Virus record (IMG/VR): IMGVR_UViG_3300027828_000041 | Span: 1-48,543 of that record | From: a virus | Lineage: Duplodnaviria > Caudoviricetes | Reading direction: 5' to 3' (one strand) | Length of the DNA: 48,543 nt | In this document: piece by piece, positions 18,268 to 28,438 of the stretch | How the letters are laid out: each line of letters begins with the position of its first letter | Position numbering within the stretch: the first letter of the stretch is position 1 | The notes under the pieces: generated by a model | The model's database searches: none | The model's input: only the letters and a program-made list of their open reading frames with translations | Told to the model about the DNA's origin: nothing | Translations under genes and position numbers: made by a program

Positions 18268-20516
18268 TTAGCCATCTCCATACCAGTTCTTATTATTGTA
18301 TCATCATAGTACTTGACAGCTTCCTTGCCACCTTCGTGTTTGATGATTCCTTTTATGAGCTTAAACATGTGCTCATCTTTTAGAGGTGCATCAGCACCTA
18401 TACCAACAGAACGACTAACGCTACGTATGTACGCATTGGTGTCGTTCTCCCTACCGTTAGGTGCGTAGACTTCTAGAATCTGTCTAATAGTCGTAAGCCC
18501 ACGCTTACGCTTAGTCTTCAAGTCTCTCGTTAACGCACGGACTCCGTACTCTGGTGTTGAGAATATCTCAAACGAACCAGAGGCTAAGGTACCACCTGAG
18601 TCTGTCTTACCTGTCTCCCCTTTCCAATCAATACCTAAGTCCTTGATATTGCCGGGATTATTATTTCTTACTGAACGTACTTGACGACGGAACTCATTGG
18701 CTTGTGCTTCCTGTTCCGTGTATATCATAGAGCCAAGCCCTACACCACCAGCTACTCCGGTAATATAGTTGCCTGCGCTGATAGTCGGACGACCATCCAT
18801 TACTTCTTTAGATACTAGAGGTACGTATGGTGACCATTCAGTGTTAGGTATGATAAAACTAGGGACTCCCTCTGCTCCGTGCGGTTCACGGGCGTTAGGA
18901 TAACTAATCATATTGTACCCAGCGTCATGGATAATATCCCATACACGCTTAGTACCCTCTTCATACGAGTCCATACGCTTGTTCTCGTACTTAGGGTTGC
19001 GTATGAAGTCGTACAGTTCCATCTCATACTTAGCAAACTCAGGTCTGCCTAACATACTACGCGCAACATTCTGCGGGCTGAAGTATCCTATGTCTAGTAC
19101 ATGTAAAGGTCTAGGGTCTTGGAGGTATCCCCTCTCTAGGGTACTGAAGTTACTTAACTCCTGCTTAACCACAGGGTCTAGAACTAAGGTGTTCATCATA
19201 CCCTCGTTAGGTATTTCAAACTCCTCAACCAAACCTCTAAGTTGTCTCTCTAAGTCCTTGTAGTTATAACTAACAAAGCTGCCCTCTACTTTAGTAGGGA
19301 GTATAGTATCATCTATGATAGTGGCTACTCTGTTGATGAACTCTTGTTTAGTAGCAATAGGGGCATCCCAGTCTTCAGCTAGCCACTTGCGTAGACTACC
19401 TGCTTGCTCCTTGTCCCTGTCGGGAAATCTGGTATTAGGATTGAAGTAGTCTGCTGTAGCTGTAGTGCCAAAGTGCCTACCAGTCTCAATAGGCAGACTC
19501 TTAGCAGCTAACTGTCCTGTGTTAGGGTCTATGGCAGAGTTGTAATCATAACGACTAACTAAGAATGGCAGTTCACCACTGCCTCCAAACACGTCGTCTC
19601 CTACTATCTTACCTGACTTAACACCTGCTCTTAGTTCTTCCTGTAAGACAGGGTCTAAACTACCAAAGAACTCAGTATCTCGTACATTACTATGGTGCTG
19701 CTGAATTTGGAAGTGCCGTCTAGTAGTATTGAGGCTCTCGTCGGTTACTGTATCCCTACCTACTCGCCATGCTGTGGCAGAGTCCAGTATCTCCATACCC
19801 TCAATCTCTACATCCGTCATAGTGCTATACATATACCGCGTGAACTCTTCCGTATGGTACGGGGCGTTAAACTCCGGTGTCATCAAAGCCTTGAAGAACG
19901 TAGGAAACTCGTTATCGCGCACAGGTGTGCGCATGAAATACTCTGAGTTAGCTATGAAATCCCTAGGTTCTATCTCCGCCCGTGGATTATACGGCATACC
20001 GTGCAGGTCTGGGAAAGCACGGGTCTGGTTACCCTTGTAAACCATCTGCGATGGTAGGACTGAGGATTGATTAAGACCACCCATAGTACCCCAGTTAGCC
20101 ATCCTAACTGGTACTTGCATATCTGGATACTTCTCAGCTAGGTATGATAGCCTCTCTAGTTCAGTGACTCCTGATACTGTGTACGAACCTGCTCGGTCGT
20201 ACTCTCCCCGTATCTCAGGGATACCTGACCAGTTACCATCCAGCATCTCTCTGTCGAAAGCTGCCTTGTCTAGTGTGCTAAGTTCGACAGTCTCATCAGT
20301 AAGTTCGAGTAACTCACCGGGGCGCATAGATGTCCCGGCAAAGTTACCTGACTTAAGATTAATCTGATATGCTTCTTGAGCCGTCCGGCTATATATACCC
20401 ACACCCTCACCAAATGTTTTAGAATAATCACTCAGCTTAGGTATGACTGTACCTGCGGTAGGTGCGCCTGCTTTCGCGCCCGCCTGTACGACTGGTTTTA
20501 CAATAGCACCTGACAT
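18264..20516 (-). CDS. Multidomain internal virion protein with a C-terminal lysozyme-like domain and a putative ART-like middle domain
   Basis: C-terminal RNNNPGNIK...F.TPEYGVRA...YAP..ENDT.AYI...IKHEG; middle GRHFGT...YL..P.PL...GY..I.Y.N..E. Confidence 0.7.
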   Translation of the reverse strand: MSGAIVKPVVQAGAKAGAPTAGTVIPKLSDYSKTFGEGVGIYSRTAQEAYQINLKSGNFAGTSMRPGELLELTDETVELSTLDKAAFDREMLDGNWSGIPEIRGEYDRAGSYTVSGVTELERLSYLAEKYPDMQVPVRMANWGTMGGLNQSSVLPSQMVYKGNQTRAFPDLHGMPYNPRAEIEPRDFIANSEYFMRTPVRDNEFPTFFKALMTPEFNAPYHTEEFTRYMYSTMTDVEIEGMEILDSATAWRVGRDTVTDESLNTTRRHFQIQQHHSNVRDTEFFGSLDPVLQEELRAGVKSGKIVGDDVFGGSGELPFLVSRYDYNSAIDPNTGQLAAKSLPIETGRHFGTTATADYFNPNTRFPDRDKEQAGSLRKWLAEDWDAPIATKQEFINRVATIIDDTILPTKVEGSFVSYNYKDLERQLRGLVEEFEIPNEGMMNTLVLDPVVKQELSNFSTLERGYLQDPRPLHVLDIGYFSPQNVARSMLGRPEFAKYEMELYDFIRNPKYENKRMDSYEEGTKRVWDIIHDAGYNMISYPNAREPHGAEGVPSFIIPNTEWSPYVPLVSKEVMDGRPTISAGNYITGVAGGVGLGSMIYTEQEAQANEFRRQVRSVRNNNPGNIKDLGIDWKGETGKTDSGGTLASGSFEIFSTPEYGVRALTRDLKTKRKRGLTTIRQILEVYAPNGRENDTNAYIRSVSRSVGIGADAPLKDEHMFKLIKGIIKHEGGKEAVKYYDDTIIRTGMEMAK

Positions 20517-22690
20517 TAACGAATCCCTGAGAGTAGGCTACTTGAAAGTAAAGTTAAGGAAGCGTCGTAGTTAGGCTTCCCGTTGACATTGTAGTCGGGA
20601 TTGAAGTGCGCGTTAGCCTTGACTAACTGCGTCATTCGTGGTGACATGCGAGTGTTTAGCTTGGCTACCATCAGTTCCAGCTGTTGTCTTGCCTGAGAGT
20701 TCTGCTTATCAAAGGTAGCGCCACTAAACGCATCCTCACGGATAGCCCACTGTACTTGTAGGTTGTCGTTGGAGTCTCCAGTACGGATAACTGTGAGCAT
20801 ATCCCCTGCTCGTAGTGGGTTGCCAGCGTTATCTACGAAAGTATGGGCATCTATCTGGTTGGTTACAGTCTGATGCGCCCACCTACCCATAGGGTCGCTA
20901 GGTACTGACGGTCTGTTACCATGATGTGGGAACGTAGTTACCAAATCCTTCAGAAGCACACCTTCATAGAAGCCTGCTTCTTCTTTCATCATGTAATTCC
21001 AGTGGTAATTGATAGCCTCTCGTGCTACTTCACCGTGTACGGTCTGGTCTTCCGGTGACATCTTACTCCAGATGTCGAAGAAAGCTGGAGCTGCCGCTAC
21101 ACGCAGCAATCCATCGGTAACTTCACGAGATTGTAGCTTCTCACCACGTTGTGCCTTGTCGTAGTAGTCCTTGAACAGTAGGGATACGCTATTCTTAGCG
21201 TACTTATCTACCTTATCCTCTGGGATAACGCCTTCGGGAGCTGTGATGAGGTCGTATGCGGTGTCTAGTGTCTTAACAGCTGCGTTTTCCATGAACGCAT
21301 CACGGGATAGACCGCCACCTTTCTTGGTGTACTCAGAATATGAGTGCTCACCAACTGCTTCGCTCCATGAGGACACAGCGGGAGGTGAATCACCACCTGA
21401 ATCCCCACCATTGTCGCTAGTTTGGCTAACTTCTAGCAGGGTTACCGTAGCGTTGGCTAGGTAAGCGTCAGTCACTACACCAGTACGTGTACCAGCAAGG
21501 GATTTACCCATCCTACCTGCTATATCAGCGGCTGCTAGTACCGTACCTACGTTAGGTACTCTAGCTAGAGCCTTGTCTTTGGAGATATTGACTACGTTCT
21601 TCAGTGTTCCGGCTGCTTTATCCGTTCCTACTAGCTCTTGAGCTACCGTGTACAGCTGTGCAACAGGCTCGTACATCTTAGCCCACTCTTCATCTGAGAT
21701 ATAGTGCGCTCCAGATGCACCATCGAACCCTGATTGAGAACCAGTGGTGCGGAACACCTCTCTCTGGTCTCTGAGGAAGGCTACTAAGCCTGACTGTAGG
21801 GTCAGCTTCAACCTATCCAGCTCTGCTGGGTCTAGGTCGGAGGCTTTGTCTAGGTCTACTATACCAAACTGGTCACGTAGGATGCTGTTAATGTGGGTCT
21901 CTGCCTCAATAACAGCGTTGCCCATGTTCTCATTCGCGTACTCACGAGCCTGTGAAGCCGTGTACGCACCCTGTGCGTCACGTCTCTCAGTCATACGTTG
22001 CAGTTCTATGGTACGTTCTCGTGCGTCTACCTTGGGAGTAAGCTGCCGATAAAACTCATCCCTGTCATTCATCCACAGTTCACCGTCTAGGTCTACGCCT
22101 AGCTCTGCACCTAGCTCCCGCTGCTTCTTGTACAGCTCTTTCTTCTCGGCATCCTGTGCTTGCACCAAGGCTTGCTTGGTGTTAAGGATGGTACTTACAG
22201 CGCTTGACTTATTGAAAGCTCCGTAGATACTGAGTATCTCGTTGGAGTAGGCTGGATTAGCTCGTATGTACGAGCGGAGTAGCTTCTCCTTCTCAATCTC
22301 AAAGCGTTGTGCTGGCAGTACCCCTTGGTCTGCCCTTGCCTCTAACTTAGCATTCTCTACAAAGTACCGTTTCTCTGCATCACTGGCTGCTGTAAAGTCT
22401 TCAGCTGTTATACCAGCTTTACTCATGTAACTTGCATACGCTCCACCACCCTCGTAGGCGTCGAAGTCTGCGGATGCTTGGTTCTCTAGGTTAATGAGAG
22501 AGTCGAGTACCTCTCCTTGTAGTTTGTTGCCCTGCCTCTTGCGGTTAGCTGTGGCTATTTTACCACCGATATCCATAGCGTTCTTAGCGGTAAAGATAGC
22601 AGTGTCCAGACTCATAGCAGTGCCGTCCTGTGTCTCAACACTGGATACACCTTGAGTCTGCGGGTCACTTAATGTTGGTGTCTTAGGCAT
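20516..22690 (-). CDS. Putative internal virion (ejection) protein
   Basis: 724-aa helical ORF at the T7 gp15-like position. Confidence 0.65.
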   Translation of the reverse strand: MPKTPTLSDPQTQGVSSVETQDGTAMSLDTAIFTAKNAMDIGGKIATANRKRQGNKLQGEVLDSLINLENQASADFDAYEGGGAYASYMSKAGITAEDFTAASDAEKRYFVENAKLEARADQGVLPAQRFEIEKEKLLRSYIRANPAYSNEILSIYGAFNKSSAVSTILNTKQALVQAQDAEKKELYKKQRELGAELGVDLDGELWMNDRDEFYRQLTPKVDARERTIELQRMTERRDAQGAYTASQAREYANENMGNAVIEAETHINSILRDQFGIVDLDKASDLDPAELDRLKLTLQSGLVAFLRDQREVFRTTGSQSGFDGASGAHYISDEEWAKMYEPVAQLYTVAQELVGTDKAAGTLKNVVNISKDKALARVPNVGTVLAAADIAGRMGKSLAGTRTGVVTDAYLANATVTLLEVSQTSDNGGDSGGDSPPAVSSWSEAVGEHSYSEYTKKGGGLSRDAFMENAAVKTLDTAYDLITAPEGVIPEDKVDKYAKNSVSLLFKDYYDKAQRGEKLQSREVTDGLLRVAAAPAFFDIWSKMSPEDQTVHGEVAREAINYHWNYMMKEEAGFYEGVLLKDLVTTFPHHGNRPSVPSDPMGRWAHQTVTNQIDAHTFVDNAGNPLRAGDMLTVIRTGDSNDNLQVQWAIREDAFSGATFDKQNSQARQQLELMVAKLNTRMSPRMTQLVKANAHFNPDYNVNGKPNYDASLTLLSSSLLSGIR

Positions 22691-25600
22691 TACTGCTCCT
22701 CAAGTCTCTTAAGATTCTCTTCTGTTTCAATCATACCACGTACTGTCAGGTCGTAGGTACTCTTAGCTTCTGCTTTAATCTGCTCATCGACAGCTCGTAG
22801 TAACTCCAGTAGTTCGGCTCGCTCGTCCTCTGGTACAACAGAGGGGAGTCGAGACACGATACTGTCTGGTGTTGACAGATTAGTGCCGAAGGCTCGTACT
22901 ATGTACTCACCCACACTGTCTCTACGCCCATCTTGGTTACGATGTTCTAACTCTTGGAAGATTTCAAGGACGTACATCCACTCCTCTTCGTCGAACACAT
23001 CCTTGTAGCCGTCTGCTATGTAGTTAATCTTAGCTATCATATCATCCGACGTAATCTCACCATCAGCTGCTACTATAGCGACGCGCTGCATCTCTTTCCA
23101 CATAGTGGTAGCGTCATGCTTGAGAGCTGCTTGGTACTCTCGTCCCTCATCTCGTATCTTATACTCGGTAAGATAGCGCTCACTATTAAGACCAGCAATA
23201 CCCTTAGCTAGGATTTCCGTCATAGTGGGAGTCCACGCGGACTTGTTACCGCTACGGTCAATCCAATGTCCAGTCTTGTAAGCTAGCTTAGCCTTGTAGT
23301 AATCACTGTATCCACTGAACGCACCAGCTAAGAGTTCGTCCTTGACGTGTGATAGACGCTGTGCGTCTGTCCTACCCTCCACCTCGTAGTTCATAATGGT
23401 GTGGGCTAGCTGTACACCCTGCAAGATACGGGATGTAGTAGCGCCAGAAGCACCCATAGCTGTCTCAAGTATAGGTTGTCCCCATGCAGCATCCCAGTAA
23501 TCCTGTGCTGTCTGTAGTATGTTACCACCGGGGGCTAGGTACTCGTCCCACGCTAAGTCAGTGTCATCACTAGTAGCAAGTGTGAGCATCATATCGAGGC
23601 TCATGTCTAGCATACCACTAGCCAGTAGCTCTCCTACCATCTGTGCCTGCGGATGGTCTACCAGACCAGCTGCTTCCATGGCTTGGTAGGCGTACTCTGA
23701 TGCCCAGTCCTTAAGACCAAAGCCTGCTCCGCCAAACAGTAGCATCTGTCCAGCTAGAATCTTACGAGCCTCTAGTGTGGTAACTGCTTTGTTACCGTAC
23801 TTAGCACCAGTCTTACCCATGCCACGTATACCTGTGAGCAGAGTCTTCTGCGTAAAGGACATAAACTGTAGGGGGAGACTGAAGATGCCAGTCTGCCACT
23901 TAGGTGAGTTAGCGCGGTTCATAGACAGGGCGTAGTTGTTACCCTGAATGGAGATAGCTTTCCAGTCATCCTTAGTGAACTGTCCGATAGTCTTACCAGT
24001 AGACTTCTTAAACTCATGTATAGCCAGCATGTACGAACCACTAAGGTTCAACTGCTCACCAAGGTCGAAGCCATACCGTTGCATACCCTCACGCACAGGC
24101 GCAGCTGTAGCTGTACGCCACGCTGTCTGTGCTACGTCACCAGCCTTTGACAGTGGTGTGACAGTGGTAGCTTTAGGTAGGTCTCCTGCGAGACTGTGCA
24201 TGTTTACTGACTGAAGGTTACCACTTATCTCGAACTGGTGTACCAGTGTAAGGTACTCTTCTTCGGTCAATCCCATCATAGTTGCGTTACGCTTGACAAG
24301 GAAGTCTCCAACATCCTTACCATAGGCTTGTGCCAAGGAGGTGCGCTTCGCTCCTTCGAGCAGGAGCACCATATCACGTTGCATACGACCGATGTACTCA
24401 GGAGCTATGCTCTGCACAAACAAGTGCTGAGATGCCTGTAGAGCTACCTGACGTACAGGACGTGTGACAATGAAGTCGATGAACGCCAACTGCTTGGCTG
24501 TCTCAATCGGAGCAGCCTTGTGTGCGTTACGGAACAACCATGTGCTAGGTCTGTTGAATCCTTTGACACCGTGCATGGTTTCGTGTACGAACTCTGCTGC
24601 GGCTACAGCCTGTCGTCTGAACCACTTAGGTGCGTTGTCCATGTTACCTTCTTGTACACGGATATAGTCCCACAAGTTCAGGGCGTCGGATGCTTGCTTA
24701 CGTATGGTGTCTGTTTCACCCTCTAACATCTGGTGCTTGAGTTGTTCGTGCACCTGAGACGCCGGTACTTGGTCTAGTGGTTTCTCTAAGAGATGACCAT
24801 ACTGAGTACCGAAGGCATTCTTCATAGACTTGACTAAGTCTTCTACGGCTACTTGTCGTGATACCATACGACTAGAACGTTGTACCATGTTTACTGGGTC
24901 AACAATGTCCGCAGGTGTACCGTTGATGTTCATCAATGGAGCGTTCTGCCTGTCGTCGAAGAACAGACGACCTTCTACCTGCATAGCCTCTAGGTCTTTT
25001 GCAATCCTATCCTTGGTGGAGAACCTAGCTCCATCACTCCATGACCACTCTTGGTCAGGATACTTAGCGTTCATTCTCCGAACAAACTCTTCAGCTTCCT
25101 TCTTAGTACCAGCAATACGCACCGTGTGTGTCTGCGTGTGCGGCTGTCCGTCCAGCGTAGCGTTACGCACGGTACGGTTGATGTAGTAGTGGTCTTCGTA
25201 CATACGAGGATAGTAACCCTCGTACCTCTTCAGTGGGTTCTGATTCAACGGACGGATGCGGAAGGCATCTACTTCGTTATCAAACAGTACTAGCTTATGG
25301 TACGCTTTGTCACCCGCACTGATAGGCAGGTCGGTTCGTATGATTGAACCACCTGCGTTGTATATGGTGTTGATATCCTTGGTCTTTAGCTTGCGGGTAC
25401 TACCACTTACTGGGTCGTACACAGATACTGTACCACCACGACTGTGTGTCTTGAAGTACTCACGCTTCAGTGGCTCTCCGTGTATCTGTACAGTACCCTC
25501 GTTATTAGTGAGAGTCTTGTACCCACGAGAGGCGTAGTCTTTGTACAGACGCTGATTCTGTACATCATACAGTGTACGGTAGAACTCACGCAGTAGCGAG

Positions 25601-27633
25601 TAACCGTGCAACTCGTCTGCTGTAACGTCTGGGAATCTCTCCCGTATTTGACTGATAGAGACAGGCTTACCGTTCTGCTCGATAGACTTAGTATACGTCC
25701 AGTCGTATATCTCACCCACGTTACGTCGTACATCTCTGCTCATCTGGAACAGAGGTGTTACGATACGGTCTAGTGATGATGACAGAGCTTGCTCTGATAG
25801 CACATTGGCTACAAAAGGACTGTAAACCTCTGGACTAAACTGTGCTGATGGAGTGAGTAGGTGTCTACCTGCTCGTCCCAAACCTGCTGGGCTGAGTACT
25901 GGGTAGTCTCCGAACAATAACTTGTCGTCAGGACGGAAATAATAATCATAAGCCAGTTCAACGTAGTACTCCCCCGGATTTTCTGTAGCTTTACCTGACC
26001 TAAGTTTCTCTAGGTCCGACATAGCCTCACGTCCCGTAGAGTACGGACGCATCTTGCCGAACTCTACATTGTAGATTCGGACACCAGTACCATCCACTGT
26101 ATACTGTTCTGCTAATTCTAAGGCGGCTCGTTCAGTCATGCCGTTGACTGTATCGCCACCAATCATAACCTGAATCTTTACACCGTTGCCATCGTCATGT
26201 GGTATAAGACTAGAGCGTCCCGGTCTTGCACGACCTCCCCACACGTTCTGTATATCTAACTCTAGTTGCCTAACAGCGTACTGCTTGTCTCGTCCTGTGA
26301 GGGCTGCACCCTCGGTGTTCTCTACAATCTCTGCTACCTGAGAACGTAGGTGCTGTACACGAGCAGACTCTGCTGCTGTGAGTGAGGTTACGTCTGGGAT
26401 ATCATCCTTGACTTCAGCATACCTACCCCAGTGTGGCGTGTTAGCACCAGCAATATCGTGAGGACTAGGGCTTGACTTACCGCCCTGCCACGTAGGGTTC
26501 TCCCACGTAAGGAGGAGTTGGTCATTGAGGTGTGACTTGTTGTAGGCGTTGGCTGCTTTATGTGAAGCACCCATACCGTGTCTCCACGTAGCGCCGAACG
26601 CGGCACTTGCAGTAGCCGCTCTACCCAATCTACCTACTATAGATGTAAGAAACGTTGCGTCTAGTACGTCAATGGCGTTATTGATAATGACATCAATAAC
26701 TCCCTCTTCCATAGACCATAGCCACGTTGAGTCTTCGACCTGACCGTTAAGAGTCTTGTCTGTGAGGATACGACCGAACAGATACTGAGTACCAAAGTCC
26801 GTGTCTATCATGCTTTGGTCACCCGCGAAGTTGCGAATGTTTCTCATTATCGTTAGGAACTTGTCTGGGTCGTTGTTGTACGCGTCCTTTGTCTGCGCAC
26901 GTAACTCTTCCATCATACCACCAGACAGACTTATTAATGGGATACCATCTTCTGAGACAGTGTCTACAAACTTACGTGTCCTAACAAAGTTGTATCCGGG
27001 GATTAGCTCTACGAGTAGACCTCCGATAGTCTCGGATACCTTGTCTTCAAACCCTTCTTCATCTGAGTATCGAGCTAACTCTGCCTGAGCTTCCTTGACT
27101 ATCTCATCGCGCTGCATGTCGATGAACTCAGCCGTAGTACGACTATTTCGTTTCATCTCACGGCGCATAGCCATAGTCTCCCCGTCCACGAAGTCAGGGT
27201 GGTTCATGTCGTCCAAGAGTTTCTGGAAGTACAGGTGTGCCTGTGGGTTTACCTTAGAAGCTAGAGCCTCTTGCTCTGCTTCGTTGGAGAACTGAGAGCC
27301 AAACACTTGAGCTACAGTAACAGGGGCTACGCCGAGTTCTGCTGCTTTGTCCTTGACTTTATCTATGTATAGTTTGGTAGTGGCATCACTGTAGTATAGC
27401 ATCTCGTAGGATGCGGTGACCTTACTTTCCCCAGTGTCTAGGAACTCCTGTGTCTGTTGCTTGAGGTAGTCTTTGTTGAAAGGTTCGTCTGCTATAGTGG
27501 CTGCTTGCACAGCCATATCCTCAGCTGCCGATTCCGGTACAGCTGGAGTAGGTTCAGGTGTAAGTATACCCTGTTCTGGGTAGGTAGGCTCTGCTACTGG
27601 CACTTCAATGACTGGCTTGTTATCGTTATCCAT
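22690..27633 (-). CDS. Large internal virion (ejection) protein, about 1647 aa
   Basis: Long ORF. The likely start is ATG 27633 after GGAG, overlapping the stop of the upstream gene. Confidence 0.7.
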   Translation of the reverse strand: MDNDNKPVIEVPVAEPTYPEQGILTPEPTPAVPESAAEDMAVQAATIADEPFNKDYLKQQTQEFLDTGESKVTASYEMLYYSDATTKLYIDKVKDKAAELGVAPVTVAQVFGSQFSNEAEQEALASKVNPQAHLYFQKLLDDMNHPDFVDGETMAMRREMKRNSRTTAEFIDMQRDEIVKEAQAELARYSDEEGFEDKVSETIGGLLVELIPGYNFVRTRKFVDTVSEDGIPLISLSGGMMEELRAQTKDAYNNDPDKFLTIMRNIRNFAGDQSMIDTDFGTQYLFGRILTDKTLNGQVEDSTWLWSMEEGVIDVIINNAIDVLDATFLTSIVGRLGRAATASAAFGATWRHGMGASHKAANAYNKSHLNDQLLLTWENPTWQGGKSSPSPHDIAGANTPHWGRYAEVKDDIPDVTSLTAAESARVQHLRSQVAEIVENTEGAALTGRDKQYAVRQLELDIQNVWGGRARPGRSSLIPHDDGNGVKIQVMIGGDTVNGMTERAALELAEQYTVDGTGVRIYNVEFGKMRPYSTGREAMSDLEKLRSGKATENPGEYYVELAYDYYFRPDDKLLFGDYPVLSPAGLGRAGRHLLTPSAQFSPEVYSPFVANVLSEQALSSSLDRIVTPLFQMSRDVRRNVGEIYDWTYTKSIEQNGKPVSISQIRERFPDVTADELHGYSLLREFYRTLYDVQNQRLYKDYASRGYKTLTNNEGTVQIHGEPLKREYFKTHSRGGTVSVYDPVSGSTRKLKTKDINTIYNAGGSIIRTDLPISAGDKAYHKLVLFDNEVDAFRIRPLNQNPLKRYEGYYPRMYEDHYYINRTVRNATLDGQPHTQTHTVRIAGTKKEAEEFVRRMNAKYPDQEWSWSDGARFSTKDRIAKDLEAMQVEGRLFFDDRQNAPLMNINGTPADIVDPVNMVQRSSRMVSRQVAVEDLVKSMKNAFGTQYGHLLEKPLDQVPASQVHEQLKHQMLEGETDTIRKQASDALNLWDYIRVQEGNMDNAPKWFRRQAVAAAEFVHETMHGVKGFNRPSTWLFRNAHKAAPIETAKQLAFIDFIVTRPVRQVALQASQHLFVQSIAPEYIGRMQRDMVLLLEGAKRTSLAQAYGKDVGDFLVKRNATMMGLTEEEYLTLVHQFEISGNLQSVNMHSLAGDLPKATTVTPLSKAGDVAQTAWRTATAAPVREGMQRYGFDLGEQLNLSGSYMLAIHEFKKSTGKTIGQFTKDDWKAISIQGNNYALSMNRANSPKWQTGIFSLPLQFMSFTQKTLLTGIRGMGKTGAKYGNKAVTTLEARKILAGQMLLFGGAGFGLKDWASEYAYQAMEAAGLVDHPQAQMVGELLASGMLDMSLDMMLTLATSDDTDLAWDEYLAPGGNILQTAQDYWDAAWGQPILETAMGASGATTSRILQGVQLAHTIMNYEVEGRTDAQRLSHVKDELLAGAFSGYSDYYKAKLAYKTGHWIDRSGNKSAWTPTMTEILAKGIAGLNSERYLTEYKIRDEGREYQAALKHDATTMWKEMQRVAIVAADGEITSDDMIAKINYIADGYKDVFDEEEWMYVLEIFQELEHRNQDGRRDSVGEYIVRAFGTNLSTPDSIVSRLPSVVPEDERAELLELLRAVDEQIKAEAKSTYDLTVRGMIETEENLKRLEEQ

Positions 27634-28438
27634 TAAACGCTCCGTCATTAACGCGTGGTATACCAGCGTATCTGCCTGTCTGTTTACGAGCAGACGCGAA
27701 CTCACTAGCTCGTACTGACTGTGAGGGTTGCGGAGCAGAGATACTTGCTGTCGCTACCATCTGGTCTACGTTAGTGTCAAACACTCCCAAGGCACTCTTG
27801 GCTATACCTACGTTAGTAGCTATAGGCTGGGCTATACTAGTTAGCTTACTAGCTGCTGCGCCTATACTTCCCCAGAAACCTACGGAAGTAGAGCTACTTA
27901 TAGTAGATGCTGAGATACCTTGGGCGATAGCCAAACCTTGTCCAGCTGAACCACCTACGCCTACACCAGTAGTAGTGATACTAGCACCAGTAGCTGCCCC
28001 ACCCGTAGCACCTACTGCGCCCGTAGCACCTGTAGCTGCGGTACTACCACCGCCACCAGCACTGGCTACCGGACCTGTACCCGCGCCTGCGGTAAGGATG
28101 GTTGCGATAATAGTAGCTGCAATAACTACGCCTTGGAATATTGCTCCACCACGACGAGCCGACTTCAAGTCTTCCTGCATCTGTTCCGTTAGTTCTTCCT
28201 GACGGTTACCTATGTTGGTAGCGTCTGCTAACTGTGTCCTTACACTACCTATCTGTGCTGTGGGTGCTGAAGACTTATCTGTACCTACACCTGTGTGTGG
28301 ATAGATAGCTCCCAGTTCACCTTGCGCACGCAGACCTGTACGGATACGCTTACGACGTTCCATATAGGTATTGATACGACGGAGTTCAGCTGCGGCTGCC
28401 GATGCTCGTCTAGCTGCTCTTACATGACTTAGTGCCAT
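27626..28438 (-). CDS. Gly/Ala/Thr-rich internal virion protein with a hydrophobic helix
   Basis: VVIAATIIATILTA followed by a low-complexity GAT tract; follows the tail tube genes. Confidence 0.65.
   Translation of the reverse strand: MALSHVRAARRASAAAAELRRINTYMERRKRIRTGLRAQGELGAIYPHTGVGTDKSSAPTAQIGSVRTQLADATNIGNRQEELTEQMQEDLKSARRGGAIFQGVVIAATIIATILTAGAGTGPVASAGGGGSTAATGATGAVGATGGAATGASITTTGVGVGGSAGQGLAIAQGISASTISSSTSVGFWGSIGAAASKLTSIAQPIATNVGIAKSALGVFDTNVDQMVATASISAPQPSQSVRASEFASARKQTGRYAGIPRVNDGAFNG

Noticed and set aside
20516-27633. Virion RNA polymerase that would read the hairpins
   Set aside because: I found no DxDGD or T7/N4-type polymerase motifs; ADFDAY in the 724-aa protein does not match. 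A structure search would be needed to exclude it fully.
27900-28110. GCACC/GTAGC-rich quasi-repeats
   Set aside because: These are explained by the Gly/Ala/Thr low-complexity coding tract.
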